A stretch of DNA of 64,000 bases from Poseidonia sp. (GTDB lineage: Archaea; Thermoplasmatota; Poseidoniia; Poseidoniales; Poseidoniaceae): NCBI GenBank assembly GCA_030829545.1, contig JAURAI010000005.1, positions 12,088 to 76,087 of the forward strand. The letters run 5' to 3'. This document shows, one piece after another, positions 17,486 through 27,079 of this stretch (the stretch's first letter is position 1; each line of letters starts with the position of its first letter). A program made the translations under genes and the position numbers. The notes beneath the pieces were generated by a model. The model saw nothing but the letters and a program-made list of their open reading frames with translations, did no database searches and was not told where the DNA came from.

Positions 17486-18601
17486 TCACTGGTCACTTCG
17501 GTACCAACCCTCTGGCAATTCCATAGGGTCGTTTGACCGAGCGGCCTTCACTTGTCGAACGATTTCAAGGCGCATGGCATCCAAGCCCACCTCTTCTGTC
17601 GCCGAAAGGCATGTTCGCCCTTTGTGGTCTTGAAGGAGAGGCAAATGAGGCTCACCCTCCGAACCGTTCGCTCGCCAATCTGCTTCTGCCTCACGAACTT
17701 GGTCCCACAGCTCAGGAAGTGGATCCAAGAGATCTGCTTTGGAAGATACCAGCATCAATTCAGTTTCGGGCAGCAAGGTTTCGACTTCTTTGAGAAGATT
17801 CATTTGTTCCTCAAAGGGTGTGCCACAGGATTCACTTTCATCAACGAGGAAGAGGACAAGTGATCCAACGTGTTCGAGTGCTGCGATGGCCTGCATTTCG
17901 ATATCGTTGCGCTTGTCCATTGGACGGTCAAGTAAGCCCGGCGTGTCAACCAACTGGTACTGAAGACGACGATGCATGAAATGACCGACGTGGATTTGTT
18001 TGGTTGTAAAGGGGTAGTGATTGACTTCCATCTTTCCAGTGCTCAGAGCGGAAATAAAAGCAGACTTCCCGACATTTGGAGCCCCACAAACAACGATACA
18101 CGGAAGCACTTGGTCAATTTTAGGGAGTCGTTTTAGGACCTCCCGAGTTTCACTCAGCCACGTCAGGGATGGACCGACTTGACGCATGATGGAGGAAATA
18201 CGGCCATAGGCTTCACGTCGTGCATCATGCATCAATTCAGTTCGGCCTGTTCGGATGATTTTCTTGGCATTCTGGGAAGCGATTCTCTGAACCTGTTTCC
18301 CAGCCCATTGAAGCGTTGCAAGATGTTTCCGATAATCATCACAGCCTACGCATGCGTCGATCATGGCGACATCAAAAAGCGGAGATTGATCGAGAGACGG
18401 CCAAGCATTCACCAAATCAGTGAATTCGGTAGCGATGATATCGGCTGCTGTTTGCACCATACGAGTCATTTGCTTTCGGACACGAAAAATACGGTCTGAA
18501 TCGTCAACTCGGTCTGCAGCCTTCTTGGCTCGAGAGAAGGCTTTGTCCAGCACTTCGTCCTCCAACAGGACGGTACTCAACGTTCGCCACGAGACTTTCA
18601 T
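17486..18601 (-). CDS. NOG1-family GTP-binding protein
   Basis: Contains VVCGAPNVGKSAFISAL (G1), YPFTTK (G2), LVDTPGLLDRP (G3) and SKAD (G4), after a long helical N-terminal NOG1-type domain. Confidence 0.8.
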   Translation of the reverse strand: MKVSWRTLSTVLLEDEVLDKAFSRAKKAADRVDDSDRIFRVRKQMTRMVQTAADIIATEFTDLVNAWPSLDQSPLFDVAMIDACVGCDDYRKHLATLQWAGKQVQRIASQNAKKIIRTGRTELMHDARREAYGRISSIMRQVGPSLTWLSETREVLKRLPKIDQVLPCIVVCGAPNVGKSAFISALSTGKMEVNHYPFTTKQIHVGHFMHRRLQYQLVDTPGLLDRPMDKRNDIEMQAIAALEHVGSLVLFLVDESESCGTPFEEQMNLLKEVETLLPETELMLVSSKADLLDPLPELWDQVREAEADWRANGSEGEPHLPLLQDHKGRTCLSATEEVGLDAMRLEIVRQVKAARSNDPMELPEGWYRSDQ

Positions 18602-18711
18602 GCGCTTCCCCTATCCGAGGGGCGTTCCCCACACTTGATGAACTCACCCGTAGAAAACATCCTTCTCAAGCCAAAGGCGAGGTTCAAGTAGCCTCGCCGA
18701 CAGGCAAAGGC

Positions 18712-19155
18712 ATGGCGAAGAAAAAGCAAGGTGTCAAACTCCCAACGTGGGCCGAGCCAATGTGGAAGGAGATGGGCTCTCCCGAACTTGAGGGTATTGA
18801 TTCTGTTTACAACGGAGACCTCCTCGAACGCCGACAAGGGCTACGACGAGACGACTTTATTGAAATTCACATGAATGTTCAAGCCTTCTCGAACTCAGAA
18901 GACGCCTTTCTTCGCGGCCGACTGCTATCCAGTGGAAAGAGCAGTTTGGAAATTCTAGGAGAAGATGGAAAATGTCACTTCATCGCTCGAGAGGTCATCG
19001 TCCGAATGGTCCTTGTGGCCCACACTCGTCCTGCGTATATCGATGACAAGGAATTGCTCGCATTTGAGCGAGAAGACATGAAGCGACGCTCCAAGCTTCA
19101 CGAGAAGGTCGAAAAAGAGACGACTGGAAACGACGACTCCCACCTCTGGGGCTGA
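18712..19155 (+). CDS. Hypothetical protein
   Basis: 147-aa ORF with an ATG start, a basic N-terminus (MAKKKQG) and a charged C-terminus. No motif recognised. Confidence 0.45.
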   Translation: MAKKKQGVKLPTWAEPMWKEMGSPELEGIDSVYNGDLLERRQGLRRDDFIEIHMNVQAFSNSEDAFLRGRLLSSGKSSLEILGEDGKCHFIAREVIVRMVLVAHTRPAYIDDKELLAFEREDMKRRSKLHEKVEKETTGNDDSHLWG

Positions 19156-19159
19156 GTAT

Positions 19160-19408
19160 TTGACCATCCCGGATGGATGGGCAGTGGTCGAAGAACGGCT
19201 CATGAGAGCCTATGAATTTGAGGACTTTGCTCAAGCCAAAGCATTCGTCGATGAAGTTTCAAAGATTTGCGAACGTCAGAACCATCATGCAGAACTGCAT
19301 TTTGGCTGGGGGTACGCAGTTATCGAATGCTACACGCACGACCAAAACGCCATCACAGGCCTTGACTACACTCTCGCAGCGTCAATCAACGAGGTGACGA
19401 TGCCATGA
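19160..19408 (+). CDS. Pterin-4a-carbinolamine dehydratase (PCD/DCoH family)
   Basis: 82 aa: ...LMRAYEFEDFAQAKAFVDEVSKICERQNHHAELHFGWGYAVIECYTHD. The size and the NHH.E...Y..V....TH pattern fit PCD. Confidence 0.7.
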   Translation: MTIPDGWAVVEERLMRAYEFEDFAQAKAFVDEVSKICERQNHHAELHFGWGYAVIECYTHDQNAITGLDYTLAASINEVTMP

Positions 19409-19746
19409 CACGGGATCCGAAAGGCAGGACAACTCCAGGCTTCGAGCGACATGCCTTCATTTGCGGACACACCCGTGTTGAGGGGGCAACTCGCCCTTCG
19501 TGTGAACCAAAGGGAAGCATTGACCTCATGAGGTCCCTGAAAATGAACATTCGAGAGGCTGGAATCAAAAATGTGCGTGTTCAGAAGTCAGGATGCTTAG
19601 ACCATTGTGAGTATGGACCTACTTGCGTCGTATACCCCGAAGGAATATGGTACGGGCTGGTTGATGACAGCCACATACAGGCGCTTCTCAAGCATTTGAA
19701 AACTGGCGAAGTTGACGAAGCGATGACGCTCAAGATGGATGAATGA
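19405..19746 (+). CDS. Thioredoxin-like [2Fe-2S] ferredoxin
   Basis: Contains FICGHTR...PSCEPKGS...SGCLDHCEYGPTCVVYPEGIWYG, a four-Cys pattern typical of this family. Its ATG overlaps the PCD stop (ATGA). Confidence 0.7.
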   Translation: MTRDPKGRTTPGFERHAFICGHTRVEGATRPSCEPKGSIDLMRSLKMNIREAGIKNVRVQKSGCLDHCEYGPTCVVYPEGIWYGLVDDSHIQALLKHLKTGEVDEAMTLKMDE

Positions 19747-19747
19747 T

Positions 19748-20158
19748 TCACAATTTGACCGGTCGGGTAGCACCACAAGCCTGACACTTGAGCAGCGTGG
19801 TTCTGTCTTGCTTGATGAAATGCGTATCGGGCGCTGCACATTGACTGCACTTGATGTACGTATTCACGTAATTTGCAATCGTTCCTTTGATTCGCTTTGG
19901 AGGGATTCGCCCCTTGAACCGTGCTCGTGGCCCATCACGTGAGCCGGAAGTTCCCAATTCGTTGAGAATGTACTGGTAGACGTGATTTTCATCACGGTCC
20001 ATCATTGAAACTACTTCGTTGAAGTTACGGAAAATCGTGTTTGAACCCTCAATCAAAATCTGAGGTGCAGGTAGACGCCACCGAGAGCGAGACGAAATCT
20101 CCTCAGGAATATTGTCTCTTGCTCGGTCAAGAAGTGACTCATACTCGAAGTCGGCCAT
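19748..20158 (-). CDS. eif2b: Translation initiation factor aIF2 subunit beta
   Basis: Begins MADFEYESLLDRARDNIPEE and has the C-terminal zinc ribbon CSQCAAPDTHFIKQDRTTLLKCQACGA. I prefer the ATG at 20158 over the listed TTG at 20173. Confidence 0.85.
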   Translation of the reverse strand: MADFEYESLLDRARDNIPEEISSRSRWRLPAPQILIEGSNTIFRNFNEVVSMMDRDENHVYQYILNELGTSGSRDGPRARFKGRIPPKRIKGTIANYVNTYIKCSQCAAPDTHFIKQDRTTLLKCQACGATRPVKL

Positions 20159-20247
20159 GATACTCGCCCCCAATGCCCACCTTCAAGACTTTCGCATGGG
20201 CAAGCCCAAACAGGAAAGCATTCATGTGGGGTCATCGGCACGAGGGA

Positions 20248-20841
20248 ATGAGCAACATGGTCTTGAGCATTGAAGAACTGAAAGTCCTCGCAGCAAACCT
20301 CCGCAAGGAGGGGTTGAATACGCAGCAAATTGCAGATGAATTGTCGCTCTCACAGGATACCATCACGTGGCTTCTCACTGGAACAGGTGAGCAAGACCGC
20401 CCGACCGACGTACGCATTGGCTGGAGAACGTTGGGTGTTCGACCGCATCGAATCGCTTCTGTCGGAGCAATCATGGCAGATGTTGCTGACGAAGAAATTG
20501 GTTTTGATAACGTAGACACGGTCGTTGGAATCTCCATCAACGGAATCGCCTTCGCCTATGAGGTCGCAAGGAGTCTCGAATCTGACATGACGGTCTTCCG
20601 AACCACAGATGGGGGCGAAGGGAACGGTTCACTCTCCAATAAATACGGCCAGGTCGCTGGAAAAAGTGTGATCATCATAGATGATGTCCTCTCATCAGGC
20701 GTGACCATGTCAAAAACCATCGAATCCATTCGTGAAGCTGGCGGGGAAGTCGTACTTGCTGTTGTTTTGGTGAACAAAACAACTCGAAATGAAATCGATG
20801 ATGTGCCGTTGCGTGGATTGATTCGTGCCGTAGCCGTTTGA
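20248..20841 (+). CDS. Orotate phosphoribosyltransferase-like protein with N-terminal HTH (GfcR/PyrE2-like)
   Basis: HTH-like LRKEGLNTQQIADELSLSQDTITWLL, followed by the PRTase PRPP loop SVIIIDDVLSSGVTMS. The start is ATG 20248 or 20257. Confidence 0.7.
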   Translation: MSNMVLSIEELKVLAANLRKEGLNTQQIADELSLSQDTITWLLTGTGEQDRPTDVRIGWRTLGVRPHRIASVGAIMADVADEEIGFDNVDTVVGISINGIAFAYEVARSLESDMTVFRTTDGGEGNGSLSNKYGQVAGKSVIIIDDVLSSGVTMSKTIESIREAGGEVVLAVVLVNKTTRNEIDDVPLRGLIRAVAV

Positions 20842-20850
20842 GGTGGATGC

Positions 20851-22470
20851 ATGCATTGGACAGACGTAATGGCAGAACGTCTTGCTCAGAAAGGTCAAGA
20901 GCACATCATTGCAACCGGAATTACCCCGAGTGGCGAATTTCATATTGGCCATTTGCGTGAAATCTTAACCGGTGATATGATCACTCGGGCCGCCAACAAA
21001 GCAGGCCTCAAAGCAGAACTTGTGTTCGTGGTTGACAATGCAGACCCGTTGAGAAAAGTATATCCCTTTTTGGACGAATCCTATCAAGAATTCATCGGCC
21101 AACAACTCGGTGCAATTCCTGCCCCCGATAGCGAAGGGAAACCTGATTGGAACCGATTTGAACAAGATGGTTGGACCTATGGCGACCATTTTCTGACGCC
21201 GTTCCTCGATGCCCTCAAGCAAATTGGTGTTGAACCCAGATTAATTCCAAACTTGGAGGCCTACCAAAGCGGACTGTTTGCAAATGCTGCAAAGCGATGC
21301 TGTGACGACATTGAAACCGTCAAGGAAATCATTGAACGTGTATCAAGTCGAGAACTTCCAGAAGGATGGTTTCCTTGGCAACCATTGAACTCAAATAATT
21401 CCTTGGACGGCGTTACTGTTACTGGCTATGACTACCCCTTGGTTCACTGGAGTGACGAACATGGTGAACATGGCTCATCGGACATCACCAAAGGCGAGGG
21501 GAAATTGCCCTGGAGGCTCGATTGGCCTGCGAAATGGGGACACAATGGCGTGACCTGCGAGCCTTTTGGCAAGGACCATGGTGCTAGCGGAGGTTCGTAC
21601 GATACAGGAAAGGAATTGTCAGTATTCATGGGTCATGCTCCACCCCTTCCATTGACCTATGAATGGATCAGCCTTCGGGGCCAAGGAGCCATGTCTTCAT
21701 CGACGGGGAATACCGTCGGGCCAATTGAAGCATTGGAGTTAGTCCCACCACAAATTTTGCGCTTTTTGATTGCGAATTCAAAGCCAAATAAGGCTATAGA
21801 ATTTGATACAGGAATGGGCCTCGTTAATTTAGCTGACGAATATGAGCGCTTGTGCTCAAGAGATTTTGAAACTGAATTGAATGATGAGACCAAGAGTCGT
21901 CGCCAGCGTGTTCAAACCGAAGATGCGCAAGCTGCTCTTCGCCTCTCGATGATTTCCGAAGAGGACTCGAGTGAAGCAACCGCAGTGAGTTTCCGTCACC
22001 TCGCTCTGCTTGCACAAATCAAGGACGAAGACGAAGCAGTTTGGGAGAGTCTACGAGGTTCAGGTGCGATTGAATCACCCTCATCCGTTCTTCAGGACCG
22101 GTTGATGCGAATGCGTGCTTGGATCAAATCCTCTCATTTCCCAGAAGAAATGCGCATTCAAATCATGACACACCCAAACTACGAAGCCCTTGACCTTCTC
22201 GAACAACATCAACGAGACTTACTGCCAACACTCCTCACCTGCTTCGTGGATACTGCTTGGGACGTTTCTGGCATCACGGCAGCCATCAAAGCCGTTTCTG
22301 AAAAGACAAACGCCCCCATGAAGGACGTCTATCGGACATGCTACGCCGTGTTTATGGGGACTGAGCGTGGACCTCGATTGGCCCCGATTCTTTTCAATTG
22401 TGACCAAGATGTCATCTGCCAATTGATCAGGGAATGTGCCTCATATGATGGCGGTTCGACCGAGTCTTGA
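20851..22470 (+). CDS. lysK: Lysyl-tRNA synthetase, class I
   Basis: Contains GITPSGEFHIGHLREI (HIGH), FGKDHGASGGSYDTG and MSSSTGN (KMSKS), the class I LysRS pattern. Confidence 0.9.
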   Translation: MHWTDVMAERLAQKGQEHIIATGITPSGEFHIGHLREILTGDMITRAANKAGLKAELVFVVDNADPLRKVYPFLDESYQEFIGQQLGAIPAPDSEGKPDWNRFEQDGWTYGDHFLTPFLDALKQIGVEPRLIPNLEAYQSGLFANAAKRCCDDIETVKEIIERVSSRELPEGWFPWQPLNSNNSLDGVTVTGYDYPLVHWSDEHGEHGSSDITKGEGKLPWRLDWPAKWGHNGVTCEPFGKDHGASGGSYDTGKELSVFMGHAPPLPLTYEWISLRGQGAMSSSTGNTVGPIEALELVPPQILRFLIANSKPNKAIEFDTGMGLVNLADEYERLCSRDFETELNDETKSRRQRVQTEDAQAALRLSMISEEDSSEATAVSFRHLALLAQIKDEDEAVWESLRGSGAIESPSSVLQDRLMRMRAWIKSSHFPEEMRIQIMTHPNYEALDLLEQHQRDLLPTLLTCFVDTAWDVSGITAAIKAVSEKTNAPMKDVYRTCYAVFMGTERGPRLAPILFNCDQDVICQLIRECASYDGGSTES

Positions 22471-22545
22471 TTATCCTCTTCAAACTGAACAACTCAATCG
22501 AATTGAGACACACCCTTCAAAAAGAGTTACTTGCCATGATGAGTC

Positions 22546-23763
22546 ATGGGCGGCGTCTATTGTCCAACCTGTGAGGCAGGTGTGGAGGTTACTGCCACAT
22601 TTTGTCTCTCCTGTGGACATAACATGTCGGTTCAAGGGCCGATTACCGCAACTGGGCACGATTTGAACCAACTCAAAGATGTGATACGGCTTCGAGAAGA
22701 CCTCTCGATGGCAGAGAAATTTGACATGATTGCTCAAATTGAAGACGGTGCTGACCCGATCGCTCTAGGTATTGCAGCTGCTGCCGATGATGTCGGTGAA
22801 ACGAGCATCGCTGGCGCATTTGAACAGCCGGAAATGAAAGTTGAAGTTGCACCAGAACTGCGACAGAAAAAGTGGGGTGATGAAGCCGCAGATGCTGCAA
22901 TTGTAGCAGCCGTGGCCGAAACAAAACTAGCAGACCTCAAGAACGCAGGCAGTTTTGAGGCTGATGAAGCCACCTTCGTCGAAGCGATGAATGTTGGTCG
23001 TGATGCTACCCTCCACCTGCTCGAGATCTCACTCGGTGCATCCACATCAACCAACCCCGCACTCACCAACCTCCCAGTGATGCGCCCACCCAACAAGAGT
23101 TTCTGTCCCAAATGTGGCTCAGACATCCAAGCAAATACATTGCTTCAGTGGAAAAAGTGGACGTCCACATCACACACACTTCTCACCGTTCAACTCGAAG
23201 CTGCAATGAAGGCTTCACTCATGCATTTAGCCACAACCTACCGAGATAAGATTCAAGAACTCAAAGACCAACTTGCTGATTCCAAAGGAAGCGGTAGTGA
23301 AGCCTCACCGGTTGATGAGGAAAAGTTACGAAAGAAGCTTGAGAAAGAAATTCACAAGGAACTCAAGGATGAACTAAAATCCACTACAAAAAGCGACTCG
23401 AAAGGCAAGAAGGCTGAGGTTTCCAAAGGTTCTAGCAAAACTGCATCAACAACGTCCAAGCCGAAAAGCAAGCCTAAATCTGGTGGCCTCTTTGGAGCGA
23501 AAAGGCCTAAGAAGACCTACGAAGGAGAACCAGGAGGCAAAGCAGAGTGGTTCCTTGAAGAGGCCCTTGATACGGTCTATGACCCTCATGGAACAGGCAA
23601 ACCCATCAAGGGAGCCATGATTTTGGCTCGGTCATCGGATGGCAATGTCCGCGTCCGCGACGTCATTCGAACCTACGCTGTAGAAGGTGAAGATGGCATC
23701 TCCGAACTCGCTTGGTCGAGCCCTATCACAAAGTATCTCATTGAGGCTTTTGACGCCTGCTGA
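22546..23763 (+). CDS. Zinc-ribbon protein with coiled-coil/Lys-rich region and conserved-looking C-terminal domain, function unknown
   Basis: N-terminal CPTCEAGVEVTATFCLSCGH and a second CPKCGSD. A charged helical stretch and the K/S-rich KSDSKGKKAEVSKGSSKTASTTSKPKSKPKSGG follow. The C-terminus looks globular (...GAMILARSSDGNVRVRDVIRTYAVEG...). Confidence 0.5.
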   Translation: MGGVYCPTCEAGVEVTATFCLSCGHNMSVQGPITATGHDLNQLKDVIRLREDLSMAEKFDMIAQIEDGADPIALGIAAAADDVGETSIAGAFEQPEMKVEVAPELRQKKWGDEAADAAIVAAVAETKLADLKNAGSFEADEATFVEAMNVGRDATLHLLEISLGASTSTNPALTNLPVMRPPNKSFCPKCGSDIQANTLLQWKKWTSTSHTLLTVQLEAAMKASLMHLATTYRDKIQELKDQLADSKGSGSEASPVDEEKLRKKLEKEIHKELKDELKSTTKSDSKGKKAEVSKGSSKTASTTSKPKSKPKSGGLFGAKRPKKTYEGEPGGKAEWFLEEALDTVYDPHGTGKPIKGAMILARSSDGNVRVRDVIRTYAVEGEDGISELAWSSPITKYLIEAFDAC

Positions 23764-23817
23764 TGCGAAGTTTTTGGCCCACCGCGCCAAACCCTTCTTG
23801 ACCCACCTCCACCTGCA

Positions 23818-26682
23818 ATGGCCATGGACAGTAGACCCTCACCTTGGGAATCTGTCAGTAATACTCTGGAGCGATTCGCATCAGGTATCAAATCCCGAAG
23901 TCATGAACGACTCGACGCACTCTATTCCAACGCACTCAAATCTCCGGGGACAATCGTTCTCTTGTTCGTTGTTCTTAGCGCTGTTTTCGCCCAGCAGGGC
24001 ATGGCCTTTCAAGAACAGATCGATGACGATGTTGAGATTTTCTTACCCGACGGAGCATCCTCAACTGAACTGCTGCTCGAAGTCCGTAAAGAATGGTCAA
24101 CGGACCTTGCCGTGATTTACATTCAAACACCGAATGCATTCAACCCAACAGACACGACCAATATCACCGATGAAAGTTTTCTTAATGAAATCAGTTGGGT
24201 TGAGGGAGACGACCGTAATATCGGAGGTGATTCAACGGGAAGAGGTATGGATTTTGACAAGACCGACCACGGTAGAAAGGACGGAGTGTTGTGGATCATC
24301 TCACCCGCACAGGTCATCAAAGAAATCAATTCAGCAGATGGACGATTCAATAACTCTCTTTGCGTGCACGGAGTAAACAACCGCTTACCAATTGAACTGG
24401 ATTGCGACCTCTTGCCACCTGGTGGAGAATATGCAATACCAGATCAACAACGCATTGATCAAGTCATCGAGGAATCAGACGGTGGTTTTGACGCCTTGTT
24501 CAAAGACACCAACGACATGGACCCGACCGTTGACAGTGACGGCGATGGAAATTACACAAACGACATGGATGGAGATGGCATATGGGATACAACCGCCATT
24601 ATCGTTGGTATGCATCACAATCCTTCGGTAACGGGAGATTGGGAAGATTTCTCTGCACTCCTCAATCATTTCCAAGACATCATTGACGCCCGCCCGAGCG
24701 ATTCTTCGAACACAGAAATGACGGTGACGGGTTTAACCAAAGTTCTCGAAGACATTTCAGATGCAATTTACGAAGATCTGCTCATGATTCTTCCCTGGTC
24801 GGTGCTGTTCACGGTGTTGGTCATCACCGCCCTTCACCGTTCTGCCAAAGTAGTCGTCATCACGGGTACACCCATTTTGATGGCCCTTGCCATCACCTTT
24901 GGTTCATCGGTGATTCTCAACATCACCCTGACACCTATGATCGTAGCAACCTTTCCCATCTTAATCGGTTTAGGTGTCGACTATGCCCTGCATATGGTGA
25001 ACAGAATCGAAGAAGTTCGGCGCAAAGAAATCGATAAAGCCCATGATGAAAACGAGCGGAGACGAAAGCGGGGCCAACCTGACGACCCAGTCCCAGACCT
25101 TTGGGACATCGATTTTTACAAATCATGTGTGATGGAGATGACCCGCTCAACAGGCGTAGCAGTGTTCCTCTCAGCCATGACGACCATCGTTGGATTCTCA
25201 GTCCTCATCGCCCCGTCAATCGTACCTATTTCTCCAATCCGCTCAGTAGGAATTACTCTGGTGATCGGTATTTTCTCCACACTCGTCCTGAGTATATTGC
25301 TCGTGCCAACGTTAGCCTGGATGCTGAAATTTAACAAAAGGACGAACCCAAGCGTTTGGAAAAACATTGGAAAGGCACCCATCAAGGGATTCTTTTTGAT
25401 TATACTCGTCGCGAGCAGCGTCACGGTTTATGGAATCGCAAATCTCGATGAACTCAGTAAACCAATCACGGGTTCATCAGAAGCACCCGATGGTATTGAA
25501 TCACTCAATTCGCTTGCAGAATACTCGAGGCAATTCAGCAGTGGGCAAACCTCGTTGTTCATCTATGATGCATCACAACGACCGAATAACAACAATACTC
25601 AGAACATCAGAGACCTGCCAGTATTGGATTCAATCGATGTCATTGAACAACAAATTGACCAGGTTGATGAAACATCAACGACGAGCATCATCACCTTCCT
25701 CAAAGCAGTACCCGCAACCATCACAGTAGCGGACGGCATTACTCTTGGCGATGGATCTCTATGGGATTTGCTGCACGACCCGTGTTGGGACAGTACTGAA
25801 TTGCTTGACCCGAATTGCCCTGCATGGACATTGATACCCGTTGGTGAACGTGAAGACCTCCGCAAGGACATGGTCAATGTCGCCTTTGACACGCTGTCAT
25901 CAGAAGTCCGTTCTATGCTCCTCAATGAAGGCGGTGAGAAAGCAATCGTATACGTGAGCCAACCCTACATGAACCTCAATGTAGCTGGTGAATTACGGGA
26001 TGAAATCGACGAAATCTTAGAGGAAGGACCTGCACTTTCCAACGCACGCACTTCACTCCTGACAGGTGGACTCCCGGTATCGCTTGACATCAATGAAGGC
26101 ATCCAATACACGCAAACAACGACCACCCTCCTGACACTCCTCGTCTTGACGCTCCTGCTCATGGTCGTCTTCCGTTCCCCGCGATTGGGAATCTACACCA
26201 TGATACCGGTGGCCGTTGTCATCCTTTGGCAACCCTTGTTGATGCGTAGCGGCGATGTCAACGTCAATATCTTCACGGCCATGATTGGGACCATTGTATT
26301 CGGCATCGGTGTGGACGATGCGATTCATGTCTTGCACCGCATCAAGGAAGAGGGTGAGACGCCACACGGCATGGCATCTGCCATTGAGGAAACGGGTCAA
26401 ACCATCTTTGAGACCACGATCACAACCGTTTCTGGTATCGCAGCAGGCTTCCTTGCAGCCTTCCCTGGATTAGAGAATTTCTTCATGCTCATGTGCTTGC
26501 TCATTATCTTTGCATTCGTCACGAGTACCTTCTTGTTGCCTGCAATCATCACCGCAGAGCATGTAGCAAGAGCAAAAATCAATCGTCATCCATCATGGAT
26601 AGACTTCGGAGAAGGGGTTGCTGTTGGACAATCCGAAGTCATGAAACCGCTTGATGCAATTGTTATCGGCAACTTGGAATGA
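23818..26682 (+). CDS. RND/MMPL-superfamily membrane exporter (second copy)
   Basis: 954 aa with two TM bundles carrying GLGVDYALHMVNR and GIGVDDAIHVLHR, plus two large loops. The architecture matches the 1609-4209 product. Confidence 0.8.
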   Translation: MAMDSRPSPWESVSNTLERFASGIKSRSHERLDALYSNALKSPGTIVLLFVVLSAVFAQQGMAFQEQIDDDVEIFLPDGASSTELLLEVRKEWSTDLAVIYIQTPNAFNPTDTTNITDESFLNEISWVEGDDRNIGGDSTGRGMDFDKTDHGRKDGVLWIISPAQVIKEINSADGRFNNSLCVHGVNNRLPIELDCDLLPPGGEYAIPDQQRIDQVIEESDGGFDALFKDTNDMDPTVDSDGDGNYTNDMDGDGIWDTTAIIVGMHHNPSVTGDWEDFSALLNHFQDIIDARPSDSSNTEMTVTGLTKVLEDISDAIYEDLLMILPWSVLFTVLVITALHRSAKVVVITGTPILMALAITFGSSVILNITLTPMIVATFPILIGLGVDYALHMVNRIEEVRRKEIDKAHDENERRRKRGQPDDPVPDLWDIDFYKSCVMEMTRSTGVAVFLSAMTTIVGFSVLIAPSIVPISPIRSVGITLVIGIFSTLVLSILLVPTLAWMLKFNKRTNPSVWKNIGKAPIKGFFLIILVASSVTVYGIANLDELSKPITGSSEAPDGIESLNSLAEYSRQFSSGQTSLFIYDASQRPNNNNTQNIRDLPVLDSIDVIEQQIDQVDETSTTSIITFLKAVPATITVADGITLGDGSLWDLLHDPCWDSTELLDPNCPAWTLIPVGEREDLRKDMVNVAFDTLSSEVRSMLLNEGGEKAIVYVSQPYMNLNVAGELRDEIDEILEEGPALSNARTSLLTGGLPVSLDINEGIQYTQTTTTLLTLLVLTLLLMVVFRSPRLGIYTMIPVAVVILWQPLLMRSGDVNVNIFTAMIGTIVFGIGVDDAIHVLHRIKEEGETPHGMASAIEETGQTIFETTITTVSGIAAGFLAAFPGLENFFMLMCLLIIFAFVTSTFLLPAIITAEHVARAKINRHPSWIDFGEGVAVGQSEVMKPLDAIVIGNLE

Positions 26683-26751
26683 TGCCATACTGTTGTCCTA
26701 ATGAAGCGATCTTCTTCGGGAAGAATGACTCCAATTGAAGCCTTTCTTTGA

Positions 26752-27058
26752 GTGGAGGGAGTAGGGAGTAAGCCCCTTTCTGTTACCCTTCGGTGACCGC
26801 ATTCAACTTAGCATCCTACCTGTCCCTCGTCGTGCAGAGTCAACGGGACTGTTTGGACTTGCTCCAGCGGGGTTGCTCGTCTCATCGACAACAAGGCAAT
26901 CTCGGTCTTTCAACGTCATCGTACACACCTTGCATCGTTCGTTTCTGCGGCATTGACCCAACCATTTCTGTTTGCTTCCTTGTGGTAGCCGCTTGCACTG
27001 TGGAGAGGGGACTTTCCTCAGAGTCGAACTCTGTCAGCGGCCCTCCTACTCCCTCCGA
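26752..27058 (-). ncRNA. rnpB: RNase P RNA
   Basis: The minus strand reads GGAGGGAGUAGGAG...GAGGAAAGUCCCC (CR-I/P4 5' strand)...ACAGAAAUGG...GUAACAGAAAGGGGCUUAC (CR-V/P4 3' strand)...CUCCCUACUCCCUCC. The termini form a roughly 14-bp P1 helix and GUCCCC pairs with GGGGCU. The ends are approximate, within about 10 nt. Confidence 0.85.
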
Positions 27059-27079
27059 AACAAGGTGTTCACACCTTGC

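Noticed and set aside
18676-18698. Short hairpins just upstream of start codons: GGCGAGG-N9-CCTCGCC before 18712, GAGGCTT-GATG-AAGCCTC at 43616-43633 before sepF, and CTCAAT-CGA-ATTGAG at 22492-22506 after lysK
   Set aside because: These are 6-7-bp stems with no shared sequence and no conservation data. Stems of this size are expected by chance in several kb of spacer and UTR sequence.
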